A stretch of 64,000 nt of DNA from an uncultured virus (IMG/VR IMGVR_UViG_3300005077_000019) (lineage: Duplodnaviria > Heunggongvirae > Uroviricota > Caudoviricetes), in IMG/VR virus record IMGVR_UViG_3300005077_000019; one strand, 5' to 3'. The notes beneath the pieces are model-generated. The model had not been told where the DNA came from. It did no database searches and saw only the letters and a list, made by a program, of their open reading frames with translations. The position numbers and the translations under genes are program-made. Shown piece after piece: positions 21,751 to 30,041 of this stretch; position 1 is the first letter of the stretch, and the number at the start of each line of letters is the position of its first letter.

Positions 21751-22220
21751 GGGTCCTCCTGTGGGCTAGTAGTGGTCTCAGCCCCTACCTTATACCCCCA
21801 CTACTAGGGGTACGATCAAGGAATTTGTGCTTGTGGAATACGATCGGTTTGGTCAATATGGGTAGTGCCCGTCTGCCCGATCTGGTGGCATCTTCGTGAG
21901 GGCTTCTGGGCCGATCGAAGGAACGGTTCAACTCCGTCCAGGCGGGCACTACTTTCAGGGTTGACAAGAGTGACCACTGTCGTCACTCTGAAGGGGTTGA
22001 AGTTGGAGCCCGGCCAGAATCCGGGAAGGACAGCATGAGCAGATCAACCGCCAGGACAACGATGACCTCGACCAGCAGCAAGCGCTGGGCGGGGATTCGT
22101 GCGTTCGGCGTGGCCCCGTCTTGCTTGCTGCCCGAGCGCAATCCAGATCATGGTTATGCACTCGAGCAGCGGAAAGAAAGGCCACCAGGCGGCTAGCTGC
22201 TCGAGAGAGAGGAAGTTGGA

Positions 22221-22256
22221 GAGGCCGCCTGGGAAACCCGGCGGCCTTTTCATTTT
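22221..22256 (+). terminator. Terminator/attenuator-like hairpin in the leader of the tRNA array
   Basis: aggccgcc-loop-ggcggcct followed by T-rich run. Confidence 0.6.
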
Positions 22257-22343
22257 GGGCGGTGCCAATAAGGTCGGCTGGGCCGACGCCGCGCTGTAAA
22301 CGCGGTCCCGAACGGGCAGGAGGTTCGATTCCTTCACCGCCCA
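22257..22343 (+). tRNA. tRNA-Tyr(GTA)
   Basis: ccgcg-ctGTAaa-cgcgg; T-loop; atypical D arm. Confidence 0.8.
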
Positions 22344-22432
22344 CTGGAGAGGAGGTGGACCATGCAATCACATCTGCACAAACAGAAGCCTGGATCAGTC
22401 CTGCCCTCGTCACCCAACTGGCAGGGAACCGG

Positions 22433-22508
22433 GCCGCCATAATTCAATCGGTAGAAAGCCGGCCTTTTAAGCCGGAAGTTGGGGGTTCGACTCCCTCTGG
22501 CGGCACCA
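22433..22508 (+). tRNA. tRNA-Lys(TTT)
   Basis: Cloverleaf with CCA. Confidence 0.9.
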
Positions 22509-22553
22509 AGGAGGTCGTGGTAGAGTAGTGCAGCTTTAACCCCTGGAGCTGCC

Positions 22554-22991
22554 ATGCCACGGAAGATGACTCGGAGGGAGTACAACGAACACATGCGGGT
22601 CTACATGCTGACCCGGATTCGACGGAGGCGAAAAGAGGCCAAGAAGTACCTGGGAGGGAAATGCGCGAAGTGCGGCTCGAAGAAGAAATTGGAGTTCGAT
22701 CATCGGGACCGGAAGGACAAGTCCCAGCGGATCGCAAAGATGTGGTCCTGGTCGGAGGAGAGATTCTGGGTGGAGATAGAGAAGTGCCAGTTGCTGTGTT
22801 TCGAGTGCCACAATGAGAAGTCTCTCAAGGAGCGTGGCTTCAAGAAGTCGAAGGGAGTCCATGGGACGGCTGGGAACTACAGGTACGGATGCCGCTGCGA
22901 TCTGTGCCGAAGAGCGAAGAGTGAGGAGCAGAAAGCGTACGTGCAGCGCAGACGGGGCCGAAGCATAGGCGGAGATGCACTGGGCTCTTAA
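22554..22991 (+). CDS. HNH homing endonuclease overlapping tRNA-Lys(CTT)
   Basis: GGKCAKCG..LEFDH..KCQLLCFECH. Confidence 0.85.
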   Translation: MPRKMTRREYNEHMRVYMLTRIRRRRKEAKKYLGGKCAKCGSKKKLEFDHRDRKDKSQRIAKMWSWSEERFWVEIEKCQLLCFECHNEKSLKERGFKKSKGVHGTAGNYRYGCRCDLCRRAKSEEQKAYVQRRRGRSIGGDALGS

Positions 22992-23028
22992 CCCAGAGAA
23001 CACGGTTCGAATCCGTGCGGCCTCACCA
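22954..23028 (+). tRNA. tRNA-Lys(CTT)
   Basis: ctggg-ctCTTaa-cccag; CCA. Confidence 0.85.
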
Positions 23029-23035
23029 GAGTTGT

Positions 23036-23109
23036 TCCGGGATCGTCCAATGGCAGGACACCAGGCTCTGACCCTGTGAATGGGGGTTCGACTCCCTCTC
23101 CCGGATCCA
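23036..23109 (+). tRNA. tRNA-Gln(CTG)
   Basis: Cloverleaf with CCA. Confidence 0.9.
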
Positions 23110-23205
23110 AGGAAGCGCTCGGCATGACGTCCGGGCGGGAGCTGGGGCCGCACCCTCAGCGCTTCGCTTGGCTTTGGCAACCGAATAGTAGGTCGTGGTC
23201 ACGGT

Positions 23206-23278
23206 GGACCTGTAGCGCAATGGCAAGCGCCACCGGCTCATAACCGGTTCGTTCCCGGTTCGAGTCCGGGCGGGTCCA
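23206..23278 (+). tRNA. tRNA with CAT anticodon (Ile2 or Met)
   Basis: ccgg-ctCATaa-ccgg. Confidence 0.85.
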
Positions 23279-23282
23279 CTCT

Positions 23283-23355
23283 GGAGAGGTAGCTCAACTG
23301 GTAGAGCGCCAGACTGAAGATCTGGTAGCGGGGGTTCGACTCCCTCCCTCTCCAC
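23283..23355 (+). tRNA. tRNA-Phe(GAA)
   Basis: Cloverleaf. Confidence 0.9.
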
Positions 23356-23359
23356 TCCT

Positions 23360-23432
23360 TCGGGTGTAGCTCAGCGGTAGAGCGCAGGGCTTTGACCCCT
23401 GGCCAGCGTGGGTTCGATCCCCACCACCCGAT
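23360..23432 (+). tRNA. tRNA-Gln(TTG)
   Basis: Cloverleaf. Confidence 0.85.
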
Positions 23433-23463
23433 CTGGGGCTAAGGGGAAACTTCCCCCTCCCTG

Positions 23464-23793
23464 CTAGTTCAGGACCGGCTTGTCCTTCCCCTCGAAGTGC
23501 TCTCGGTGATCGCGCAGAGTGTTGATCCGCGCGGCCGAGACCACGTTGTCGGCCAGGGCAGCCAGCTCTTTCCAGTTCTCCACGTACAACTCGATCGTGG
23601 AGAACTGGCACATCTTGCTGAGGTTGTCGATCATCATGTTGACGTGCTCCGCCACCTCCTGGATACGGACGGCGATGATCGCCACGTCGGAGATCAACGC
23701 TCCCTTCTCCTGGATGGCCAGGAGCTGCACCTCAAGGGCGTGCAGTTCCCACTTCAGCGTCCCCTCGGGGACCTTGTCCCAGTTGATGGGCAT
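23464..23793 (-). CDS. Hypothetical protein antisense within the tRNA array
   Basis: AGGAG RBS; promoter motif at 23819-23840. Confidence 0.7.
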   Translation of the reverse strand: MPINWDKVPEGTLKWELHALEVQLLAIQEKGALISDVAIIAVRIQEVAEHVNMMIDNLSKMCQFSTIELYVENWKELAALADNVVSAARINTLRDHREHFEGKDKPVLN

Positions 23794-23845
23794 GTGTAGA
23801 TTCTCCTTTCCTATGTTCCTTATCGCAAGATCTGAAGATCATTTT

Positions 23846-23918
23846 CGGGACGTGGCGGAGCTGGTACCGCGTCTGCTTTGGGAGCAGAAGATCGCAGGTT
23901 CGAATCCTGTCGTCCCGA
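23846..23918 (+). tRNA. tRNA-Pro(TGG)
   Basis: Cloverleaf. Confidence 0.9.
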
Positions 23919-23922
23919 TCAT

Positions 23923-23998
23923 GTACCTGTAGCTCAGAGGCTAGAGCAGCGGGCCGTTAACCCGCGTGTCGGGGGTTCGAGTCCCTCCAGGTACGCCA
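23923..23998 (+). tRNA. tRNA-Asn(GTT)
   Basis: gcggg-ccGTTaa-cccgc; CCA. Confidence 0.9.
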
Positions 23999-23999
23999 T

Positions 24000-24071
24000 C
24001 CACCAGAGGCTCAGAGGCAGAGCGCCCGCCCGATAAGCGGGAGGCCGTGAGTTCGAATCTCACCTGGTGGA
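24000..24071 (+). tRNA. tRNA-Ile(GAT)
   Basis: cccgc-ccGATaa-gcggg. Confidence 0.85.
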
Positions 24072-24076
24072 CTTGT

Positions 24077-24150
24077 GGTGGCTGTCGCCAAGTGGTCAAG
24101 GCGCGAGGTTGTGGCCCTCGTATCGTGGGTTCGATTCCCACCAGTCACCC
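24077..24150 (+). tRNA. tRNA-His(GTG)
   Basis: Cloverleaf with G-1. Confidence 0.9.
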
Positions 24151-24154
24151 TCAT

Positions 24155-24227
24155 GGGCCTGTGGCTCAGATGGGAGAGCACCCGGTTCGCATCCGGGAGG
24201 TCGCCGGTTCGATCCCGGCCAGGTCCA
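24155..24227 (+). tRNA. tRNA-Ala(CGC)
   Basis: Cloverleaf, G3:U70. Confidence 0.9.
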
Positions 24228-24296
24228 CCTCGATGGTCTAGCCACCTGCACGGTGGTGAAGGTAAGTGCAGCGGAGCTGCCGCCATTGGGAATCAT

Positions 24297-24369
24297 GGGA
24301 TCATAGCTCAGTTGGGAGAGCGCCTGCTCGGCATGCAGGAGGTCGGGGGTTCGACTCCCCCTGGTTCCA
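24297..24369 (+). tRNA. tRNA-Ala(GGC)
   Basis: Cloverleaf. Confidence 0.9.
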
Positions 24370-24391
24370 CTATTTTGATACCACTTTAGTT

Positions 24392-24476
24392 GGAGGGTAC
24401 TGCTCAAGGTGGGCAACGTGGCCCGAACCCACGGGCGGTCGCAAGGCCGGGCGTTCGATTCGTCTACCCTCCGCCA
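24392..24476 (+). tRNA. tRNA-Ser(CGA)
   Basis: Long variable arm, GCCA end. Confidence 0.8.
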
Positions 24477-24614
24477 GGAGATCAACATGGAAGAGGAAAG
24501 GAAGAGGCTCGAGGAGGTCATGGCAGCCCTGCCACTGATCTTCCTCGGCAAGGATAGCAAGAAGTACCACGAGGAAGTGACCAAGAGGTTGAAGGAGATC
24601 GAGCAGAAGAACTA

Positions 24615-24689
24615 GCCTCCGCGGACCAGCCAGGAGTGGTCGTCTCCCTGTCACGGAGAAGATCGTGGGTTCGAATCCCATCGGAGGCG
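24615..24689 (+). tRNA. tRNA-Asp(GTC)
   Basis: Cloverleaf. Confidence 0.9.
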
Positions 24690-24694
24690 CTGAT

Positions 24695-24767
24695 GCGACA
24701 GGAGCTCGGTTGGATGAGCGCCGGCTTCCCAAGCCGGAGGTTGCGGGTTCGACCCCCGTCTGTCGCT
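24695..24767 (+). tRNA. tRNA-Gly(CCC)
   Basis: Cloverleaf. Confidence 0.9.
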
Positions 24768-24769
24768 CT

Positions 24770-24853
24770 GGAAGGAACGGGAGAAGGCGTCCCAAGCACC
24801 CTGCTAAGGTGTCCGGTGTAACAGCCGCGTGGGTTCGAGTCCCACTCCTTCCG
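24770..24853 (+). tRNA. tRNA-Ser(GCT)
   Basis: Long variable arm. Confidence 0.8.
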
Positions 24854-24974
24854 CTGATCGGCCACTGCGCCAGGTGACAAGTGCCTCGGTGTCCTGCGGA
24901 CCATCTAGCTCATCGCGTAGTCGTTGCGCTGGACCCGTAAGGTCGTGGGTAAGAAGCCGAGGTCGCCGATCAAT

Positions 24975-25058
24975 GGAGAGCGAGAAGCAAGGTGCGCAAC
25001 CGCGTTGGAAGCGCGGGAGGGGATCACTCCCCGCTGGGTTCGATTCCCAGGCTCTCCG
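24975..25058 (+). tRNA. tRNA-Ser(GGA)
   Basis: Long variable arm. Confidence 0.8.
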
Positions 25059-25062
25059 CTAC

Positions 25063-25134
25063 GCACCCAAGGTGTTTGTGGCTGCACGCGGCGTTGCCAA
25101 CGCTGAGGAGAGGGTTCAACTCCCTCTGGGTGCT
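25063..25134 (+). tRNA. tRNA-Gly(GCC)
   Basis: Cloverleaf. Confidence 0.85.
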
Positions 25135-25138
25135 TCCT

Positions 25139-25213
25139 GCGAGAGTAGCCTAGCGGTCAGGCGTCAGCCTTCCAAGCTGATCGACGAGGGTTCGACTCCC
25201 TTCTCTCGCTCCA
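25139..25213 (+). tRNA. tRNA-Gly(TCC)
   Basis: Cloverleaf with CCA. Confidence 0.9.
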
Positions 25214-25214
25214 T

Positions 25215-25287
25215 CGAGGAGTAGGGCATTGGATGACCCGCTCGGTTCGGGACCGAGATCAAGCTGGTTCGATTCCAGTCTCCTCGA
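25215..25287 (+). tRNA. tRNA-Pro(CGG)
   Basis: Cloverleaf. Confidence 0.85.
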
Positions 25288-25290
25288 CTT

Positions 25291-25379
25291 GGCCTTGTGG
25301 CGGAATTGGTAGACGCACCGGATTCAGGGTCCGGCGGGGCGCAAGCCCCGTGCTGGTTCGACTCCAGTCAAGGCCACCA
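25291..25379 (+). tRNA. tRNA-Leu(CAG)
   Basis: Long variable arm, CCA. Confidence 0.9.
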
Positions 25380-25380
25380 T

Positions 25381-25452
25381 GCCCTGGAAGCAGATGTGGA
25401 GCTGCACCCGGTTCGTACCCGGGAGATCGGAGTTCGACTCTCCGCCAGGGCT
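25381..25452 (+). tRNA. tRNA-Thr(CGT)
   Basis: Cloverleaf. Confidence 0.85.
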
Positions 25453-25456
25453 CCGT

Positions 25457-25528
25457 GCCCCTGAAGCATTGCGGTGATGCACCCGGCCTGTACCCGGGAG
25501 ATGCGGGTTCGACTCCTGTCAGGGGCTC
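25457..25528 (+). tRNA. tRNA-Thr(TGT)
   Basis: Cloverleaf. Confidence 0.85.
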
Positions 25529-25601
25529 CGTGAAAAACACGCTGAAGACGTGGCATAAGAGAAATATTGTGCCCAAGGATGTAGCTTGGTCACTTTTGTT
25601 C

Positions 25602-25629
25602 TTGACAACGATCAGTGGATAGCTACACT
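25602..25629 (+). promoter_or_regulatory. Sigma70-like promoter upstream of the tRNA-like RNA cluster
   Basis: TTGACA-N16-TACACT. Confidence 0.6.
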
Positions 25630-25643
25630 GGTCGATCAGATAC

Positions 25644-25769
25644 GCCGGAGACGACCAACGGCAGGTCACTTGGCCTTTAACCAAGACAAACCCCGCTTGG
25701 CGCCTCGACCTCTTCGGAGGTCACTTTGCTAGGCCTACAAGAAACTGGGTTCGACTCCCAGCTCCGGCG
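25644..25769 (+). ncRNA. tRNA-like RNA 1 with about 60-nt conserved insert in the variable region
   Basis: Acceptor, D, anticodon and T arms plus GCTTGGC..UUCG hairpin..GCCTACAAG. Confidence 0.75.
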
Positions 25770-25773
25770 CCTT

Positions 25774-25908
25774 GGCCCGCTAGCCGAAATGGAAAAGGCA
25801 CCTTGTCTGTAAACGAGGAACAACTCATCCAGCTTGGCTACTCGGATCATTCGTGATCCATACTGCAGAGCCTACAAGAGACTCCAGGTTCGAGTCCTGG
25901 GCGGGCCT
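25774..25908 (+). ncRNA. tRNA-like RNA 2 with the same insert
   Basis: ggcccgc/gcgggcc acceptor; GCTTGGC at 25832, GCCTACAAG at 25870. Confidence 0.75.
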
Positions 25909-25929
25909 CTAGAGGTAGGGATGTGATGG

Positions 25930-26055
25930 GGGGAGCTGCGCCGGACGGTACCGGCACTTGCCATGGGAGCAAGCAAGCCAGCTTGGCGACTCGATCTCTT
26001 CGGAGATCACAGCGACAAGCCTACAAGACACCGGGTTCGACTCCCGGGCTCCCCC
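25930..26055 (+). ncRNA. tRNA-like RNA 3 with the same insert
   Basis: GCTTGGC at 25981, GCCTACAAG at 26019, T arm. Confidence 0.75.
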
Positions 26056-26079
26056 CATGACATCCCTACTGATCGAACT

Positions 26080-26223
26080 GAAACCGAGCGAGCAATCAGA
26101 CAAGCCTACAAGACACGTAGCTCAACAGGTAGAGCATCTGATCGAAACTCAGAGAGTAGCGGGTTCAAGTCCCGTCATGTCAAACCACTCCGCTTGACTA
26201 CTCGCTCGCTCGGTTTCTTTTTT
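26080..26223 (+). ncRNA. Y-RNA-like RNA: tRNA-like domain enclosed by the same motif in permuted order, with U tail
   Basis: 14-bp closing stem gaaaccgagcgagc/gctcgctcggtttc; GCCTACAAG at 26104, GCTTGACTA at 26192. Confidence 0.75.
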
Positions 26224-26288
26224 GCCTGATCCATCCATTCCTTTCACTCGATCTGCCTAGCAGATCATCCAACGACAAGGAGGCCGAT

Positions 26289-27437
26289 ATGGATGCGCAG
26301 CAGCGCGTGGAGGCGCTTGGTCCCGCTGAGCGGATCATCAACGCCATCACCCAGTACACGGACCACATGGTCCACAACCGTCCTGGTCTGGTGATCCAGG
26401 ACAACCGCTTCAAGGGTGGGTTGCGGTGGCAGCAGGCCACCTGGAAGAAGGAGGGGGACAGCAAGGTTGTCTACCTGACCCAGAAGGTGGGCAAGAGGAC
26501 GCAGAAGACGCGCGTCGGCGTGGGCGTTCCCGGAACGAGTGAGGTTCGGGAGAACGGCCGACTGGTGGGCCAGTTCCGCAACCCGGGGCTCTTCCCCGAG
26601 GTTGTGGCGCACCTCTACGAGCAGATCGCGGAGGTGTGGAAGATGGACAACGAGTTCGCCGCTCGGTGGGCGAGCTGGGCCTTCGCCAACGAGCAGAACC
26701 GGGATCTGAAGGTGCTGTTGGCGGCGTTCCTCCTGGTGCAGAACCGCTTCGGGGAGCAGATCAAGGAGGAGGGTGAGTCCTTCCTGGACGAGGACTACCG
26801 GGCGGTCGGGGAGGCGATGTGCCTCCTGCGCAGCAAGACGAAGGGCTACACCTTCAACCCGAAGATCCTGCTCCGGATCGGGGACGTCCTCTCCCTGCCC
26901 CAGGTCTGCGAGATCAACCGGAAGCTCGGCTTCGGTCGGACGGATCGGAACGCCATCGTGGGGCGGTACACCAAGGTGGTCGAGAAGTGGCTGCGCCAGA
27001 TGGAGCTGAACCAGCCGCTCTTCGAGAAGCTCGTCAACAAGGAGGGCTTCCGCCGGCAGATCATGGCGCTGGCCCGGAGGATCGGCTACAAGCCGACGAC
27101 CGAGAAGTTCTTCGATGTCCTGCGGTGGAAGCAGGTGCAGGGCAAGAGCGGTCACCGGACGATGGCGGTGGGCAAGGCCGTGAAGAAGGCGGAGACCTGG
27201 GAGGAGCTGAGCGAGGGTCAGATCTGCGAGAAGATCATCCTCGAGAAGCCGAGCTACAAGGTCATCGCTGGGCGGCTCCCCAGCTCGGTGGGGTTGACGC
27301 CGGCCATCATGGCGGCGCTACCAGCAGAGGAGCAGGTGACGCATGCGGGAACAGATGGTGGCCTTCCTCAACAGCCACAAGGGTCAGTTCTTCACCGCAT
27401 CGAAGCTTGCCGCAGAGCTCGGGTGGTGGCGGCGTAG
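26289..27437 (+). CDS. Large helical protein, putative divergent Ro60/TROVE-like; appears C-terminally truncated near 27317
   Basis: Strong RBS; directly follows the Y-like RNAs; last 40 codons overlap another ORF out of frame. Confidence 0.5.
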   Translation: MDAQQRVEALGPAERIINAITQYTDHMVHNRPGLVIQDNRFKGGLRWQQATWKKEGDSKVVYLTQKVGKRTQKTRVGVGVPGTSEVRENGRLVGQFRNPGLFPEVVAHLYEQIAEVWKMDNEFAARWASWAFANEQNRDLKVLLAAFLLVQNRFGEQIKEEGESFLDEDYRAVGEAMCLLRSKTKGYTFNPKILLRIGDVLSLPQVCEINRKLGFGRTDRNAIVGRYTKVVEKWLRQMELNQPLFEKLVNKEGFRRQIMALARRIGYKPTTEKFFDVLRWKQVQGKSGHRTMAVGKAVKKAETWEELSEGQICEKIILEKPSYKVIAGRLPSSVGLTPAIMAALPAEEQVTHAGTDGGLPQQPQGSVLHRIEACRRARVVAA

Positions 27438-27554
27438 TGGCGAGAAGAAGTGGCCGAAGGCCAGGGCCGCGGTGAAGTTCGCCAAGAAGTGCGGCGCGCG
27501 TGTGACGCGCCACAAGTCCGCAAACGAGCGCGGCTACTCTATCGAGGTGCCACG

Positions 27555-28136
27555 ATGAAGACGGTGGTGATCGTGGGCATGGGAGCGCTCGGCTCTCACC
27601 TCCTCCTCTTCGGCCGCAACTGGGAGGTACGTCTGCGGATGATCGACTTCGACAGGGTGGAGATGAAGAACACCCTGTCGCAGTTCCATACCCGTTATGG
27701 CCAGGGGAAGAACAAGGCCATGGCGCTGCAGCAACTGATGCTGGGGATGTGGGGCCTGAAGGTGGACGCGCACTCGGTGAAGATCGGCACGACGAACAGG
27801 GAAGTGATGTTCAAGCACGCCGACCTGATCATCGACTGCACGGACAACCTGGAGGCCCGGATCAACGTCATCGACTGGGTGACACGCAACCCGCAGATCG
27901 CGTGCCTGCATACCTGCCTGTCGGCAGATGGCAGCCTGGCCCGTATCGTCTGGACCGAGCACTTCACGCCCGACAAGGAGGATATGGTGGGTGAGGCGAC
28001 GTGCGAGGACGGACAGAACCTGCCGTTTCACGCACTGGCGGCTGCGAAGGCGGCGCACATCGTGCAGCGGTACCTCGAGAAGGGAGAGAAGCAGAGCTGG
28101 CAGCTCACACCTACCAGCATGATCCGTTTGACCTGA
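27555..28136 (+). CDS. ThiF/MoeB/E1-like adenylyltransferase
   Basis: VIVGMGALGS, IDFDRVEMKN, LIIDCTDN. Confidence 0.85.
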   Translation: MKTVVIVGMGALGSHLLLFGRNWEVRLRMIDFDRVEMKNTLSQFHTRYGQGKNKAMALQQLMLGMWGLKVDAHSVKIGTTNREVMFKHADLIIDCTDNLEARINVIDWVTRNPQIACLHTCLSADGSLARIVWTEHFTPDKEDMVGEATCEDGQNLPFHALAAAKAAHIVQRYLEKGEKQSWQLTPTSMIRLT

Positions 28137-28197
28137 ATCCCAGCCAGGGCCGGAAGGCAGCAACTGGGGGTGAACGCCCACCTGTGAGTAGGCGTGA
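28105..28197 (+). ncRNA. ffs: SRP (4.5S)-like RNA
   Basis: Domain IV motif CAGG-gcc-GGAA-ggc-AGCA on a long imperfect hairpin. Confidence 0.65.
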
Positions 28198-28219
28198 CAG
28201 TCGGGAGAGACCGGCGTTT

Positions 28220-28291
28220 GGCCCCGTAGTCTAGTGGTCAGGACGCTGGCCTCTCACGCCGGAATCCCGGGTTCAAATCCCGGCGGGGTCA
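28220..28291 (+). tRNA. tRNA-Glu(CTC)
   Basis: Cloverleaf. Confidence 0.9.
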
Positions 28292-28295
28292 TCAT

Positions 28296-28371
28296 GGCGC
28301 CATCGTCTAGTTGGGCAGGACACCGGCCTTTCACGTCGGCAGCACGGGTTCAAGTCCCGTTGGCGTCACCA
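28296..28371 (+). tRNA. tRNA-Glu(TTC)
   Basis: Cloverleaf with CCA. Confidence 0.9.
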
Positions 28372-28666
28372 GGGTATAGGAGATAGGAATGAACGAGGTA
28401 GACAAGGAAGCGTTGCGACTCTTTCATGAGGGGACCTCTTCGGCAGTGAGGGGTGCAATGGGGCATCTGCTTAGGAATGCTCTCTGTCCGCTCTCGACCC
28501 AGATCTCCACGTTGGAGATCTGTCCGGATAGCCTCCAGGAGATCTGTCCGGAGATGAAGGTGACCATGAGGAAGATCGTCAAGTTGCTTGATGCGATGAC
28601 CGACTAGATCGCGTAGCTCAGCAGGAAGAGCTTGATTTGTAGTCTAGGTTGGGCTACGCTCTTTTC

Positions 28667-29188
28667 ATGCCCGTATGCGAAAAGTGTGGTGATCGGTTTC
28701 CGAATCGCATGGAGATCGGCGGCATTGTTCGGATGCTGAAGAATCGGAAGTACTGTCTGAGGTGCTCGCCGTTCAAGAAGCACAACACCAAGCAGTTGCA
28801 TGTGGATCGATCGGTCGACTGTGTATGCGTGCAGTGTGACCGGGAGTATCTCTACAGCAAGGATGCCGGACACACCAGATCGCTGTGCAACAGTTGTCGA
28901 TTGAAGCGATGGCGCAGGAAGATGAAGGCTAGGGCGGTGGAGTACAAGGGGGGTAGTTGTCGCCATTGTGGGTATGATCGGTGTCTGGAGGCGTTGGACT
29001 TTCATCATCCAGAGTCAGAGAGTAAAGAGGCCGGGGTGTCAGCTTTGTACAACCGATCGTGGGAAGTGATCCGTAAGGAGTTGGATAAGTGCGAGCTGGT
29101 GTGTTGTCGATGTCACGCGGAGATTCACAGTGAGACGATGATCGGTCCCGTTAGCTCAGAGGAAGAGCAACCGCTTGACGTGCGGTAG
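28667..29188 (+). CDS. HNH homing endonuclease overlapping tRNA-Val(GAC)
   Basis: YKGGSCRHCGY..ALDFHH..ELDKCELVCCRCHAEIH. Confidence 0.85.
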   Translation: MPVCEKCGDRFPNRMEIGGIVRMLKNRKYCLRCSPFKKHNTKQLHVDRSVDCVCVQCDREYLYSKDAGHTRSLCNSCRLKRWRRKMKARAVEYKGGSCRHCGYDRCLEALDFHHPESESKEAGVSALYNRSWEVIRKELDKCELVCCRCHAEIHSETMIGPVSSEEEQPLDVR

Positions 29189-29216
29189 GCCGGAAGTTCG
29201 ATCCTTCCACGGGGCA
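29145..29216 (+). tRNA. tRNA-Val(GAC)
   Basis: accgc-ttGACgt-gcggt. Confidence 0.8.
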
Positions 29217-29473
29217 CCGGAGGACGACATGAACGCAAGAGTCACTGTTGAGTTCGCTGGTCAGAAGGTGGTGATGGAACTCGAGGAGTTCTCTATGCAG
29301 GAGACTCGAGACCTCATCAATGACTACGACAGCGATGGTACGCGGATCAACATTCGGGAAAATCCAGCGAATCCAGGTGTGATGGTCAAGATCGTGGGAC
29401 GACGGTTGAAGAAGGCAGAAAGGGTGTCTGTCTGAGCGCTGGAGGTCGCAGGTTCGAAGCCTGCCGCGGTCAC

Positions 29474-29545
29474 GGGCTGGTAGCTCAATGGGAGAGCGCC
29501 CGGCTTGCACCCGGGAGGTTGTGGGTTCGATCCCCATCCGGTCCA
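29474..29545 (+). tRNA. tRNA-Ala(TGC)
   Basis: Cloverleaf. Confidence 0.9.
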
Positions 29546-29592
29546 CTGGGCCCCCGCCGAGAAACCGATCGGCGTTTTTGGTATAAGGCTGA

Positions 29593-29665
29593 TGAGAACG
29601 GAGGTAGCCCTCCGCCCCTGTCCCCCCCTCAGTGGTGGAGGCACTTCCGTTCTCGTTTTTTTTTT
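29593..29665 (+). ncRNA. Small stem-loop RNA with C-rich loop and U10 tail
   Basis: gagaacggaggt/acttccgttctc stem right after promoter motif 29567-29587. Confidence 0.5.
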
Positions 29666-29738
29666 GCCCCGGAAGTCCATCTGGTGAGGACGCCTGCTTG
29701 GTACGCAGGAGGTGGCGGTTCGATTCCGCCTCGGGGCT
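29666..29738 (+). tRNA. tRNA-Thr(GGT)
   Basis: Cloverleaf. Confidence 0.9.
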
Positions 29739-29742
29739 CCGT

Positions 29743-29811
29743 GGGGTCAAGGCCATGGTGGCCAAACGGTCTCCAAAACCGTAGGAGAGGGTTCGATTCC
29801 TTCTGGCCCCG
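29743..29811 (+). tRNA. tRNA-Trp(CCA)
   Basis: acggt-ctCCAaa-accgt. Confidence 0.85.
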
Positions 29812-29816
29812 CTGAT

Positions 29817-29890
29817 GAGTCCGTCGCCAAGAGGCAAGGCACCAGGCTGCAACCCTGGCAACGTCGGTTCGACTCCGACCGGACTCTCCA
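29817..29890 (+). tRNA. tRNA-Cys(GCA)
   Basis: Cloverleaf, U73, CCA. Confidence 0.85.
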
Positions 29891-29891
29891 C

Positions 29892-29964
29892 GCACCCGTA
29901 GCTCAATGGACAGAGCAGCCGGCTTCTACCCGGCTGGTTGGGGGTTCGAGTCCCTCCGGGTGTA
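29892..29964 (+). tRNA. tRNA-Arg(TCT)
   Basis: Cloverleaf. Confidence 0.9.
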
Positions 29965-29965
29965 C

Positions 29966-30040
29966 GCCCCGATCGTCTAAGGGAGAGGGCACTGGCCTCC
30001 TAAGCCGGGAATGCAGGTTCGAGTCCTGCTCGGGGTACCA
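29966..30040 (+). tRNA. tRNA-Arg(CCT)
   Basis: Cloverleaf with CCA. Confidence 0.9.
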
Positions 30041-30041
30041 C

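Noticed and set aside
22044..25684. Many ORFs overlapping tRNAs on both strands
   Set aside because: Shadow ORFs of tRNA genes
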